DNA from: Faecousia sp.
GTDB lineage: Bacteria; Bacillota; Clostridia; Oscillospirales; Oscillospiraceae
Assembly (NCBI GenBank): GCA_045601475.1
Contig: JAZRZT010000073.1
Coordinates: forward strand, 1-57,849
Direction of reading: 5' to 3'
DNA: 57,849 bases
A program made the position numbers and the translations under genes. The notes below the pieces were generated by a model. The model made no database searches. It saw nothing but the letters and a program-made list of their open reading frames with translations, and had not been told where the DNA came from. This document shows, piece after piece, positions 48,445 through 57,627 of this stretch; position 1 is the stretch's first letter, and every line of letters begins with the position of its first letter.

Positions 48445-50265
48445 GTGTGTGGTATTGCGGGCATGCTGAATATGGCATCAGATAAGTGTACCGTATCTTC
48501 AATGCTGGAGACGATGCGACGCAGGGGGCCGGATGACAACGGCGTATATGAGGATGATAGCTGCTGTTTGCTCCATAGTCGCTTAACCATTATTGATCCA
48601 GTGGGCGGCAAGCAGCCGATGGTGCGTCATCACGGTGGGGAAACCTATGTGCTTGTTTATAACGGAGAGCTTTACAATACCGATGAGATACGAAAAAAAC
48701 TCATAGACCTTGGCCACGTATTTGATGATCACTCAGATACCGCTGTTGTGTTACATTCCTATATTCAGTGGGGTGCGGAATGTCTGCAGGTTTTTAACGG
48801 GATCTACGCCTTTGCAGTATGGGAGTCTAACAAAAAACGGCTGTTTTTGGCCCGTGACCGTATGGGCGTGAAGCCGCTATTTTATGCACAACAAGGTGAG
48901 GGTTTTATATTTGCGTCGGAGATCAAAACGATCCTCGCGCATCCCCGGATAGATGCAAGGGTAGATAGCCAGGGAATCGCGGAGATCTTGCTGTTAGGTC
49001 CCGGCAGGACCCCAGGTTGCGGGGTATTTCAGAACATCCGGGAATTGCCGGCAGGGTATTACGGCTACCATGCGAAGGGGAAATTCTTTACCTGCCGATA
49101 TTGGAAACTCTACGACCGGGAACATACAGAGAATTTTGAACAGACAGCAGAGCAGGTAAAGTTCTTGGTAACAGATGCCATCAAACGGCAGATGGTTTCA
49201 GATGTGCCAATTGGTACATTCCTGTCCGGTGGCCTGGATTCCAGTATTATTTCCGCTGTTTGCGCAGATGCCAAACGACAATCGGGAGAGGTGCTTCCCA
49301 CTTTCTCCATAGATTATCAGGATAATGATAAGTACTTTAAAGCGGAGAAGTTCCAGCCGAACTCCGACAATGCCTACATCAAGATCATGAATGAAACCAT
49401 CGGCTCCCGGCAGCACTGGACAACGTTGAATACGGATGATTTGTTCGGTGCGTTGGAGGAGGCGACCTTTGCACGAGATCTGCCCGGCATGGCGGATGTG
49501 GATTTCTCGCTGTTGCTGTTTTGCGGGCAGATCAAGCCCCATGTAAAGGTGGCGCTTTCTGGGGAGTGCGCTGATGAGATCTTTGGCGGATACCCTTGGT
49601 ATCGGGACCCGGATGTTCGGGCGTCCAACGGCTTCCCCTGGGCCCAGAATATCGTCCAAAGAGCGGCTGTTCTCCACCGGGAGCACTTGCTAAAAATCGA
49701 TCCCGTGGCATATGTGCAGGATCGATATCATGATACCATCCGGGATGCGGATATCCTTCCCGGCACGAAAGAAGAGGACAGAAGAATTAAAGAACTTGTG
49801 GTTCTGAATCAGTCTTGGTTTATGCAGACTCTTTTGGACAGAAAAGACAGAATGAGTATGTACAACGGTCTTGAGGTGCGCGTGCCGTTCTGTGATCACA
49901 GAATTGCCGAGTATCTCTACGGTGTCCCGTGGGAGTATAAGAACTACATGGGGCGGGAAAAGGGATTGTTGCGGTATTCTGTTCGGGACATTTTGCCCAG
50001 GGAGATATTTGAGAGGAAGAAGAGCCCCTATCCCAAAACCTACGACCCAAAGTATTTGCAGCTTGTAACAGATGCGTTAAAAGCTGTGATTGCAGACAAG
50101 TCAGCGCCTATTCATCAAATCGTCTCCAAGACAGCGTTGGAAAACATTATGGACGACGACCACCCATGGCCCTGGTATGGACAGCTCATGCGGAAGCCCC
50201 AGACTATCGCATATTTCCTGCAAATCAATCATTGGCTGAAGAAATATAAGGTTGAGATCGTATAA
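48445..50265 (+). CDS. asnB: Glutamine-hydrolysing asparagine synthetase (AsnO-like)
   Basis: (M)CGIAG with a GTG start exposing the catalytic Cys; RRGPD, YNGELYN, LSGGLDSS, SGECADE. Confidence 0.95.
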   Translation: MCGIAGMLNMASDKCTVSSMLETMRRRGPDDNGVYEDDSCCLLHSRLTIIDPVGGKQPMVRHHGGETYVLVYNGELYNTDEIRKKLIDLGHVFDDHSDTAVVLHSYIQWGAECLQVFNGIYAFAVWESNKKRLFLARDRMGVKPLFYAQQGEGFIFASEIKTILAHPRIDARVDSQGIAEILLLGPGRTPGCGVFQNIRELPAGYYGYHAKGKFFTCRYWKLYDREHTENFEQTAEQVKFLVTDAIKRQMVSDVPIGTFLSGGLDSSIISAVCADAKRQSGEVLPTFSIDYQDNDKYFKAEKFQPNSDNAYIKIMNETIGSRQHWTTLNTDDLFGALEEATFARDLPGMADVDFSLLLFCGQIKPHVKVALSGECADEIFGGYPWYRDPDVRASNGFPWAQNIVQRAAVLHREHLLKIDPVAYVQDRYHDTIRDADILPGTKEEDRRIKELVVLNQSWFMQTLLDRKDRMSMYNGLEVRVPFCDHRIAEYLYGVPWEYKNYMGREKGLLRYSVRDILPREIFERKKSPYPKTYDPKYLQLVTDALKAVIADKSAPIHQIVSKTALENIMDDDHPWPWYGQLMRKPQTIAYFLQINHWLKKYKVEIV

Positions 50266-50269
50266 AATC

Positions 50270-50299
50270 AGCGCCGTCCATAATTTGGACGGCGCTTTC
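50270..50299. terminator. Terminator between convergent asnB and bsh
   Basis: AGCGCCGTCCA-taatt-TGGACGGCGCT. Confidence 0.8.
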
Positions 50300-51271
50300 T
50301 TAGTTTTCGTATCGGATCTGTTGCTCAGTGACCAAAGGGAAGGTTAAAACACAGTTTCCGTCAAGGTCGTTGTTTTGCATTTTGATTGCGGTGATTTGGG
50401 TGTTTTCATAGGTTTTGTAGTAATAAGTCCCGGTGTCAGTATTACAGCAGCTGGAATATAGAGTTATCTCGTAGTCGTCGCCCACCTGTGCGCAGCCCCG
50501 CTGCTGAGCGACAGCATCTAAAATGTGAAAGAATTGGCTGACGCTTTCCATCTCGCCATCGTCGGAGAGGGAATTTAGCTTCGTAAATGCCGCTCTTACA
50601 AATCTGGAGGATGAAGATAGGTCGCCCGGCAGACCAATACCACCCATGCCTCTACTATAGGGCAGCAGTTCCACGGAATCGGCAAAACGGTTTATAGGTT
50701 CTGCAGCGGTAACGTTCAGATAGTTTTGCAGGTTGTAGAGGTGGTAGGGGAACGGAGGATTGTTGGTGAGAACACCGACATGGTTGTCATAGACTTTGAG
50801 ACCGTTCTTCGTTTGTTCGACTACGATGGATGCAGTTTTGTGGGATACCATCCAATGCAGGGGAGAAAGGGGGTATCTTTCGCTAAATGGGATATCTGCG
50901 ATATTGATCGCTTGGAGTTTCTCTTTTGCATCCGTCAGGTCTTTGCATTGTCCCAGTATCCAGGGAATCAGTTCAAAAGGAGCAATATTATCTCTGTCTT
51001 CCGCTGGCGGAAAATACCACGCATTTCCCGGGAAATTCAATCCAGCCATGCTAAGGCCCGTTTCGTTGGTTGCTTCATAATACAGGGGATAGCCGTTTTC
51101 CACAACCGCCATACCAATCATGGCATAATGTGTTTCCATTTCCCCGGCACATCGGAATGTAAACGGGTAATTCCTTGGCGTGACTGCAACTGTCTCATTA
51201 TAGTGATATTCCAGATCTAAGTTTCTGCCAAAATAGTGGTGGTTTGTTTTATAAGTGACTGCGGTACACAT
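50300..51271 (-). CDS. bsh: Choloylglycine hydrolase (bile salt hydrolase family)
   Basis: MCTA (Cys2), YFGRNLD, NE.GLSMAGLNF, VLTNNP, GLPGDLSS.SRF. Confidence 0.9.
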   Translation of the reverse strand: MCTAVTYKTNHHYFGRNLDLEYHYNETVAVTPRNYPFTFRCAGEMETHYAMIGMAVVENGYPLYYEATNETGLSMAGLNFPGNAWYFPPAEDRDNIAPFELIPWILGQCKDLTDAKEKLQAINIADIPFSERYPLSPLHWMVSHKTASIVVEQTKNGLKVYDNHVGVLTNNPPFPYHLYNLQNYLNVTAAEPINRFADSVELLPYSRGMGGIGLPGDLSSSSRFVRAAFTKLNSLSDDGEMESVSQFFHILDAVAQQRGCAQVGDDYEITLYSSCCNTDTGTYYYKTYENTQITAIKMQNNDLDGNCVLTFPLVTEQQIRYEN

Positions 51272-51313
51272 AGAACCTCCGGTGTTTTTTCATAGTATAT
51301 GCAAATCTTATAT

Positions 51314-51347
51314 AAAAAAACGGAGACCGAATGATCGGTCTCCGTTT
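51314..51347 (-). terminator. Intrinsic terminator after glnA
   Basis: AAACGGAGACCGA/TCGGTCTCCGTTT stem with U-tract on the minus strand. Confidence 0.85.
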
Positions 51348-51352
51348 GAGAA

Positions 51353-52777
51353 TTACAGGTTGTAGTATTTGTCGAACTCTGCGGGGTGGGGGATCTTTGC
51401 CAGCTCTGCACACTCGGCACGCTTGGTCTTGATGAAGTTCTTCAGCAGCTCTTCGGGGAAGACACCGCCAACGGTCAGGTAATCGTGATCAGCCTCCAGC
51501 GCATCCAGGGCGCCTTCCAGGGAGGTGGGCAGGCCCTTTAGCTTTGCCTTTTCCTCGTCGGACAGGTGGTACAGGTTGAAATCGTAGGGGCCCCAGCCGT
51601 TCTCGTGGGGGACGATCTTGTTCTTGATGCCGTCCAGACCGGCCATCAGGATAGGGGCGTAGCAGAAATAGGGGTTGCAGGTAGCGTCGGGGTTGCGCAG
51701 CGCGAAGCGGCGCAGCTCGCGCGCCTTGGCATAAGCGGGGATGCGGATAACCGCACTTCTGTTGGAGGTAGCATAGCCAACGGTAACAGGGGCTTCGAAA
51801 CCAGGCACCAGGCGCTTGAAGGAGTTGGTGCTGGGGTTGGTGATGGCACACAGAGAGCCAATGTGTTTCAGCAGACCGCCCATGAAGTAGTGGGCTTCCT
51901 TGCTCAGGTTGGAGTAGCCGTTATCGTCGGAGAATACAGGCTCGCCATCCTTCAGAAGGAGCATATGCACGTGCATGCCGGAGCCAGCCTCACCGTAAAT
52001 GGGCTTGGGCATGAAGGTTGCGGACTTGCCGTACTTCAAAGCGGTGTTGTGGATGATATACTTGATCATCATGGTAGCGTCTGCCATGTGGACGACTTCG
52101 CCCAGCTGGGGCTCGATCTCAAACTGACCGGAAGCGGCAACCTCAGGATGGTGGTAGTTGATCTCAATGCCCATCTCTTCCATGAGCATGCACATCTCGC
52201 TGCGGCACTCGTAGGAAATGTCGAAGGGCTTGGCGATGTGGTAGTTCTTCTGCTTGGGCACGATCACACCCTTGCCTTCCACATCAGAGTTCCAGTAGGA
52301 CTGCTTTGCATCCACGGTAGCGCTGATGTGATCGCCGGCTATACCCCAGGTCACATCGTCAAAGAGATAGAACTCGAACTCGGGCAGGATCTTCATGGTA
52401 TCAGCAATGCCCAGATCACGCATGTACTGCACAGCAGCACGGATGATGTTACGGGGATACTGTGCCAGAGGACGGTTCTCGGGGTTGTCGATGATCATGG
52501 CGTTGCCGGTCATGGACAGGGTGGGAATAGAGCAGAAGGGATCGATGACAGCAGTGTCGGGATCGGGGATGAAGACCATGTCGCTCTTCTCCACCACGGC
52601 GTAGCCATAGTTGGAAGCATCAAAGCCGATGCCGTTCTGCATAGTCTTTTCGTTAAAGTTCTTGGCGGGGATAGTGACGTGACGGTACTGACCGTTAATA
52701 TCCACCATCTTGAAGTCTACCATTTCGATGTTATTGGCCTTGATCAGTTCCATAACATCCTGTACGGTTTTTGCCAC
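51353..52777 (-). CDS. glnA: Glutamine synthetase type I
   Basis: FDASN, PEFEFY, HHPEVA..GQFE, TFMPKP..G..GSGMHVH, NSFKRLVPGFEAP, NRSA.IRIP; GTG start at 52777. Confidence 0.96.
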   Translation of the reverse strand: MAKTVQDVMELIKANNIEMVDFKMVDINGQYRHVTIPAKNFNEKTMQNGIGFDASNYGYAVVEKSDMVFIPDPDTAVIDPFCSIPTLSMTGNAMIIDNPENRPLAQYPRNIIRAAVQYMRDLGIADTMKILPEFEFYLFDDVTWGIAGDHISATVDAKQSYWNSDVEGKGVIVPKQKNYHIAKPFDISYECRSEMCMLMEEMGIEINYHHPEVAASGQFEIEPQLGEVVHMADATMMIKYIIHNTALKYGKSATFMPKPIYGEAGSGMHVHMLLLKDGEPVFSDDNGYSNLSKEAHYFMGGLLKHIGSLCAITNPSTNSFKRLVPGFEAPVTVGYATSNRSAVIRIPAYAKARELRRFALRNPDATCNPYFCYAPILMAGLDGIKNKIVPHENGWGPYDFNLYHLSDEEKAKLKGLPTSLEGALDALEADHDYLTVGGVFPEELLKNFIKTKRAECAELAKIPHPAEFDKYYNL

Positions 52778-52808
52778 TTGAAACACTTCCTTTTTTGAAA
52801 TATGAGTA

Positions 52809-52837
52809 ATTATAACAGGGAAATCGGTTGGAGTCAA
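52809..52837 (-). promoter_or_regulatory. SigA promoter of glnA
   Basis: TTGACT-17 nt-TATAAT. Confidence 0.8.
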
Positions 52838-52869
52838 TGTGACAGAAAATAAAAAGTAAAATTTTGTTA

Positions 52870-53589
52870 TTATTTTTCGTTTGACTGCTGTCGTTTCGGC
52901 TTTTGGGGAGTAACAATCCTGAGTAAGCCGCCCAAAAGGCTGTATACAAACGGTTGCTTGAGGGTCAGAGACAGAATGAAGAAGGCAATCTCCTGATATA
53001 TAGGTATATAGCTCGTTCTCAGTGATGTGCTCGTGTATAGGGTTGTATGTATAATGCCGATTACAGTGTATACGATAAAGGGAATCGGGAATACAATCAT
53101 AATACCCAATATCGTCCAAAGGACGTACCTTACAATCTTCAGCCACCGGCTGCTCAAGAATTGCCAGTTGCAGAATAGTCCAATAACACTGAATATGACC
53201 CACCCCAGTAAGAACATTACCACAGGTCGCAAGGTCATATTTGTGAGATATTTTGGTAGAACTAATTCATATCGAACGCTTACATCTCTAAAGATAACAC
53301 TCAAAACGATATAGATGCTACCCAATACGATAAGTAAAATGATAGGGAAGATCAATTTTCTGATATTTTGACTTTTCGCCTCTGATTGAGGAGGACCGTA
53401 GAGGATAGCGTTCGTGTCGATCTCCAACACCTCTGCTAACTTAATTACTGTATCAATATCCGGTCTTGAGCGACCGTTTTCGTAGTTGGAAATAGTCTGT
53501 CTGGTGACAAACAGCTTCTCCGCAAGTTCATCCTGGGTCATTGACTTTGTCACACGGATTTCTTTGATATTTTTGCCGATGTCTTTCAT
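52870..53589 (-). CDS. XRE-family HTH regulator with about four TM helices
   Basis: IGKNIK..R....MTQDELAEKLFVTRQTISNYENG...PD followed by hydrophobic segments. Confidence 0.88.
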   Translation of the reverse strand: MKDIGKNIKEIRVTKSMTQDELAEKLFVTRQTISNYENGRSRPDIDTVIKLAEVLEIDTNAILYGPPQSEAKSQNIRKLIFPIILLIVLGSIYIVLSVIFRDVSVRYELVLPKYLTNMTLRPVVMFLLGWVIFSVIGLFCNWQFLSSRWLKIVRYVLWTILGIMIVFPIPFIVYTVIGIIHTTLYTSTSLRTSYIPIYQEIAFFILSLTLKQPFVYSLLGGLLRIVTPQKPKRQQSNEK

Positions 53590-53673
53590 AGGATCACCTC
53601 ACGGCTATTATAACAACGAGCGGTTATATTGTCGAGCAAAGATGCTTTTACATCGGTGTATCGGTAAATATGG

Positions 53674-53719
53674 GACCAAACAAAAAGAGGGTGCTGATGC
53701 ACCCTCTTTTTGTTTGGTC
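53674..53719 (-). terminator. 21-bp perfect inverted repeat (terminator) overlapping the tRNA-Pro 3' end
   Basis: GACCAAACAAAAAGAGGGTGC-tgat-GCACCCTCTTTTTGTTTGGTC. Confidence 0.85.
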
Positions 53720-53791
53720 GGAGTATCGGGATTCGAACCCGAGGCCTCTTGGACCCGAACCAAGCGCGATACCAAACTTCGCCATACCCCG
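53715..53791 (-). tRNA. tRNA-Pro (anticodon CGG)
   Basis: 77-nt cloverleaf, anticodon arm CTTGG-TTCGGGT-CCAAG, TTCGAAT T-loop, encoded CCA. Confidence 0.97.
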
Positions 53792-53802
53792 TTAGCTATG
53801 CC

Positions 53803-53831
53803 ATTATAAATAAATATCCAAGTCTTGTCAA
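53803..53831 (-). promoter_or_regulatory. Consensus SigA promoter of tRNA-Pro(CGG)
   Basis: TTGACA-17 nt-TATAAT. Confidence 0.9.
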
Positions 53832-53872
53832 GACCTCGTAACTCCCTGCGTAAACTTGTCTGAGGTGAAAGT

Positions 53873-54157
53873 ATGGGGTATCGTATGGAGTACGGGACTG
53901 GCAACAATGATGCGTGTTTCCGTAGGATTGGAAACAAAAATATCAAACTTTGGACGGTGACCGTGATAGCGGCAGTTCTGTTGATCGTAGGATTGGTGTG
54001 CCGCGACCAGATGGTGGATCTTTTGTTACCTGGTGATCCGGTTGTGACAAAGAGGGCAATCGGCGTATTTGTAGAGGGACTCAAAGAAGGGGAGCGGGCG
54101 ACAGATGCTTTTGCGGCCTTTTGCAAGGTAATCGTGGATGAAGCGCATATTTCTTGA
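53873..54157 (+). CDS. Small single-TM hypothetical protein
   Basis: 94 aa, one hydrophobic helix, SD GAGGTG, overlaps the next gene. Confidence 0.65.
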   Translation: MGYRMEYGTGNNDACFRRIGNKNIKLWTVTVIAAVLLIVGLVCRDQMVDLLLPGDPVVTKRAIGVFVEGLKEGERATDAFAAFCKVIVDEAHIS

Positions 54158-54809
54158 GGTGCAACCTCTCTGCTGGATGATTGCAGTCTTTGGGATGGTG
54201 GTTCTACCGTTTAAATGGGTGATTGCTTGGGTATTTGCGGTCGCATTTCATGAGCTTGGACATTATATTGCATTGAAGGCGCTGCGCATCCCGGTTCATT
54301 TTGTGTCCATCAAGCTCACAGGAGCATATATGCACACAGCGCCTATGACTGTGAGACAGGAAATGCTCGTTGCGGCTATGGGTCCTGTATTTAGCTTGCT
54401 GCTGGTACTATTTTCGCAATGGATGCCCTATACGGCATGCTGCGCATTTTTTCAGTTGTTGTTTAACCTATTGCCCTTGGTTCCGTTTGACGGCGGAAGA
54501 ATTCTTTGGAATGTTCTGCGGGCAGTCCTGTCTGAAACACATGCGCGCACAGCTATGGGGTGTCTGCGGTACGTTCTTCTGATTGCTATGGGAGTCATAG
54601 CAGTGTATATGGGGTGGGGGAGTTTACTAATTTTAGCCATAACACTGTTACTTGCACGTTGGACTTGCGTAACTTTTCCTTGCAAAGCAGGCAAACAAAT
54701 AGTACAATGGAGCAAATGCTTCAAAAGAGGAAATTGCAATGAACGAACTGCTCCAAAGGATCCTGCCTACAGTGCAGAAGCCTGCCCGTTACACAGGCGG
54801 CGAATTTAA
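54138..54809 (+). CDS. M50 site-2 protease, SpoIVFB-like
   Basis: HELGH, AAMGP, FNLLPLVPFDGGR; lies upstream of the radical SAM pair. Confidence 0.85.
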   Translation: MKRIFLEVQPLCWMIAVFGMVVLPFKWVIAWVFAVAFHELGHYIALKALRIPVHFVSIKLTGAYMHTAPMTVRQEMLVAAMGPVFSLLLVLFSQWMPYTACCAFFQLLFNLLPLVPFDGGRILWNVLRAVLSETHARTAMGCLRYVLLIAMGVIAVYMGWGSLLILAITLLLARWTCVTFPCKAGKQIVQWSKCFKRGNCNERTAPKDPAYSAEACPLHRRRI

Positions 54810-56574
54810 CGAGATACAGAAGGACCCGACCCAGGTGCGGGTGCGGGTTGCGTTCTGTTTCCCGGATACTTATGAGATCGGTATGTCCAATGTGGGTATG
54901 CGGATTCTGTATGGCGTGATGAATGAGATGGATGGCGTTTGGTGCGAACGTGTCTTTGCACCTTGGGCCGATATGGAAGATGCCACGCGTAAGTACAACC
55001 TGCCGTTGTGGGCGCTGGAGAGCCAGGACCCTGTGCGGGATTTCGATATGGTGGCATTTACCATCGGCTATGAGATGTGCTACACCAATATCCTCAATAT
55101 GCTGAATTTGGCAAAGATTCCTCTTCGCTCCGCAGACAGGAAGGATCTTAAGAATATGGTCTTTGCAGGTGGTGTGTGCGCGTTCAACCCGGAGCCCCTG
55201 GCAGACTTTGTAGACTTCTTTTCTTTAGGTGAGGGTGAGGAAATCACCACCGAAATCGTGTCCCTCTATGACCGTGCAAAGACCGAGGGTTGGGAGAAAG
55301 ATACCTTCCTGCGGGAAGTCTCCAAAATTCCCGGTGTGTATGTGCCCTCTTTTTATGAGCACACATATAATGAGGATGGAACGCTGAAAGCAATCGTACC
55401 CACAAACGGCGCGCCGGAAACTGTTACCAAGCGCATTATCGAAAATTTGGACACCGCCTACTATCCTACTAAAATGATCGTGCCTTCCACAGAGATCGTC
55501 CACGATCGTGCAAATCTGGAGGTGTTCCGCGGTTGTATTCGTGGCTGCCGTTTCTGCCAGGCGGGATTCTCCTGCCGCCCTGTGCGGAAAAAGAGTGCAG
55601 AAGTGCTCTACAGGCAGGCTGTTGAGACTTTGGAGAACTCCGGACATAACGAGATCACGCTGTCTAGTCTTTCTACTTCCGACTACCGGGAACTGAAGGA
55701 ATTGACGGATGTAATGATCCCGTACTGTAAAGAAAATAAAATTAATCTGTCTGTGCCCTCCTTGCGGGCAGATAATTTCTCCAGAGAACTGATGCAAAAG
55801 CTGCAGACGCTCCGCAAAAGTGGCCTTACTTTTGCACCGGAAGCCGGCAGCCAGCGGTTGCGGGATGTTATTAACAAGAACCTAACAGAAGAAGAGATCC
55901 TCTCCACCTGTCAGATCGCATTCTCCGGCGGCTGGAGTAATGTGAAGCTTTATTTCATGCTGGGTCTGCCCACAGAGACGGACGAAGACGTGCTGGCCAT
56001 TGCGGAGTTGGTCTATAAGATCATTCAGACCTGGAAGGAGCATGCTTCCAATAAGAAGCGCGGCCTTCGCGTCCATGTGGCAACTGCTTACTTTGTTCCC
56101 AAGCCCCATACGCCGTTCCAGTGGGAGCAGCAGATCACTCAAGAGGAATACCTGCGGCGGTGCAAATTGCTCAAGAGCCATTTTTATTCCAAGTCTATTG
56201 AGTATAACTACCATGAGCCGGACCTCAGCCGCCTGGAAGCCGTTTTTGCAAGGGGTGACCGGCGTGTAGGCAAGGTGATTGAAGAAGCCTTAAATCAGGG
56301 TGCTCGTCTTGACGGATGGGATGAACATTTTCGTTACGACATCTGGTTGGATGCCTTTAAAGCCTGTGGCATTGACCCTAACTTCTATACTGTTCGTGGT
56401 TATGGGGAAGAGGAAGTGCTGCCTTGGGATACTATAGATGTAGGTGTGTCCAAGAAGTTCCTTCTTAGGGAGCGACGCCGCGCTTACGAAGGCGTGATCA
56501 CCCCAGACTGCCGTCATGGCTGTGCCGGGTGCGGCGCCAACTGTCTGTTAGAGGAGGTGGCCTGCGATGCATAG
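54739..56574 (+). CDS. B12-binding radical SAM protein (TIGR03960-like)
   Basis: KPARYTGGE, FPDTYEIGMS, RGCIRGCRFCQA, FVPKPHTPFQW. Confidence 0.93.
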   Translation: MNELLQRILPTVQKPARYTGGEFNEIQKDPTQVRVRVAFCFPDTYEIGMSNVGMRILYGVMNEMDGVWCERVFAPWADMEDATRKYNLPLWALESQDPVRDFDMVAFTIGYEMCYTNILNMLNLAKIPLRSADRKDLKNMVFAGGVCAFNPEPLADFVDFFSLGEGEEITTEIVSLYDRAKTEGWEKDTFLREVSKIPGVYVPSFYEHTYNEDGTLKAIVPTNGAPETVTKRIIENLDTAYYPTKMIVPSTEIVHDRANLEVFRGCIRGCRFCQAGFSCRPVRKKSAEVLYRQAVETLENSGHNEITLSSLSTSDYRELKELTDVMIPYCKENKINLSVPSLRADNFSRELMQKLQTLRKSGLTFAPEAGSQRLRDVINKNLTEEEILSTCQIAFSGGWSNVKLYFMLGLPTETDEDVLAIAELVYKIIQTWKEHASNKKRGLRVHVATAYFVPKPHTPFQWEQQITQEEYLRRCKLLKSHFYSKSIEYNYHEPDLSRLEAVFARGDRRVGKVIEEALNQGARLDGWDEHFRYDIWLDAFKACGIDPNFYTVRGYGEEEVLPWDTIDVGVSKKFLLRERRRAYEGVITPDCRHGCAGCGANCLLEEVACDA

Positions 56575-57226
56575 ACTGCTGTTTCAGAAGACCGGGAATG
56601 CGGTTTGGATCTCCCATCTTGATCTGATGCGTTTGTTCCAGCGGGCCTTTAAGCGGGCAGGTCTGCGCCTAAAACATACCCAAGGTTTTAACCCCAGACC
56701 CTCTGTGTCCATTGCGCTGCCCCTGTCTGTGGGGGTAAAGAGTGAGTGTGAGCTTTTGGAGTTTGAACTGGACGGCCAGGAATTGCCTTGCCAGGAGATT
56801 AAGGCTCGGCTGAATCCTGCACTCACCGCGGGAATCACCGTTTTAGATGTCTACGAGGGCGGCAGAAAGTATAGAGATCTATCTTTGCTTCTGTGTGAGA
56901 TCTTCATGAAATATGACGGTGGTGCGCCCGAAAATATCATTGATCGGTTGAATGCACTCTTTGCAGAGCCTGCGTTGGTACTGCCCAAGAAGACCAAAAG
57001 TGGCATCCAAGATCAGGATATCATTCCCATGATCCGCCGTATTGACTTTTCTTTGGTAGATATGCATACTGTAAAGGCAACGGCACTCATTTGCTGTCAA
57101 AATCCCACCTTAAATCCCGGTCAGATCCCGCTGGCGATCAGCACATATCTGCCGGAACTGGCACCGTCTTATCATAAGTGCCGCCGTCTGGAGATCTTTG
57201 ATCCCCAGGAAAATGTGTTTCGATAA
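56567..57226 (+). CDS. Radical SAM-linked protein (TIGR03936/DUF2344-like)
   Basis: ISHLDLMR.FQRA..RAGL....TQGFNPRP....ALPLSVG. Confidence 0.9.
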   Translation: MHRLLFQKTGNAVWISHLDLMRLFQRAFKRAGLRLKHTQGFNPRPSVSIALPLSVGVKSECELLEFELDGQELPCQEIKARLNPALTAGITVLDVYEGGRKYRDLSLLLCEIFMKYDGGAPENIIDRLNALFAEPALVLPKKTKSGIQDQDIIPMIRRIDFSLVDMHTVKATALICCQNPTLNPGQIPLAISTYLPELAPSYHKCRRLEIFDPQENVFR

Positions 57227-57237
57227 GGAGTATCGTT

Positions 57238-57462
57238 ATGGAAGTCAATCCCAATTTTGTTCTTGAAGATTGCCCAGTCTGCCGGGGCAACGGCTTTGTT
57301 GTCCATGAGGGTGGCTGGAATGTCCAGGTAGAATGCGCTGATTGCAGCGCTCACACAGTTTATGTGGAATATTCCAATGAAAATGAGAAACAAGAGGCTG
57401 AACAGCATGTGGTTTCTCTTTGGAATTTGGGCAAAGTGATCAAGGCCGACATGGGCGGTTAA
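57238..57462 (+). CDS. Small zinc-ribbon protein (Lar-like)
   Basis: LEDCPVC.G ... VECADC ... WN pattern; SD AAGGAG. Confidence 0.7.
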   Translation: MEVNPNFVLEDCPVCRGNGFVVHEGGWNVQVECADCSAHTVYVEYSNENEKQEAEQHVVSLWNLGKVIKADMGG

Positions 57463-57490
57463 AAAATTTTCAAAAAACCAAAAATAATGC

Positions 57491-57519
57491 TTGCATTTTC
57501 TGACAATGTATGCTACTAT
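57491..57519 (+). promoter_or_regulatory. SigA-type promoter of tRNA-Pro(GGG)
   Basis: TTGCAT-17 nt-TACTAT with A-rich upstream element. Confidence 0.7.
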
Positions 57520-57550
57520 ACTGTGGCGTTGAGGAAACGCAAGCATAAAT

Positions 57551-57627
57551 CCGGGTGTGGCGAAGTTTGGTATCGCGCTTGAATGGGGTTCAAGAGGCCT
57601 CGAGTTCGAATCTCGACACTCGGACCA
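57551..57627 (+). tRNA. tRNA-Pro (anticodon GGG)
   Basis: 77-nt cloverleaf, anticodon arm CTTGA-ATGGGGT-TCAAG, encoded CCA. Confidence 0.97.

Noticed and set aside
52828-52844. Possible GlnR/TnrA box near the glnA promoter
   Set aside because: Only one half-site (TGTCA) matches TGTNA-N7-TNACA
51566-53203. 410-aa antisense ORF and a 142-aa N-terminal extension of glnA
   Set aside because: The first is a shadow ORF; the extension overlaps the XRE gene and crosses the glnA promoter, so GTG 52777 is the better start
53608-54126. ORFs spanning the tRNA genes (also 57172-57645 and 57590-57790)
   Set aside because: They overlap clear tRNA genes and terminators; spurious
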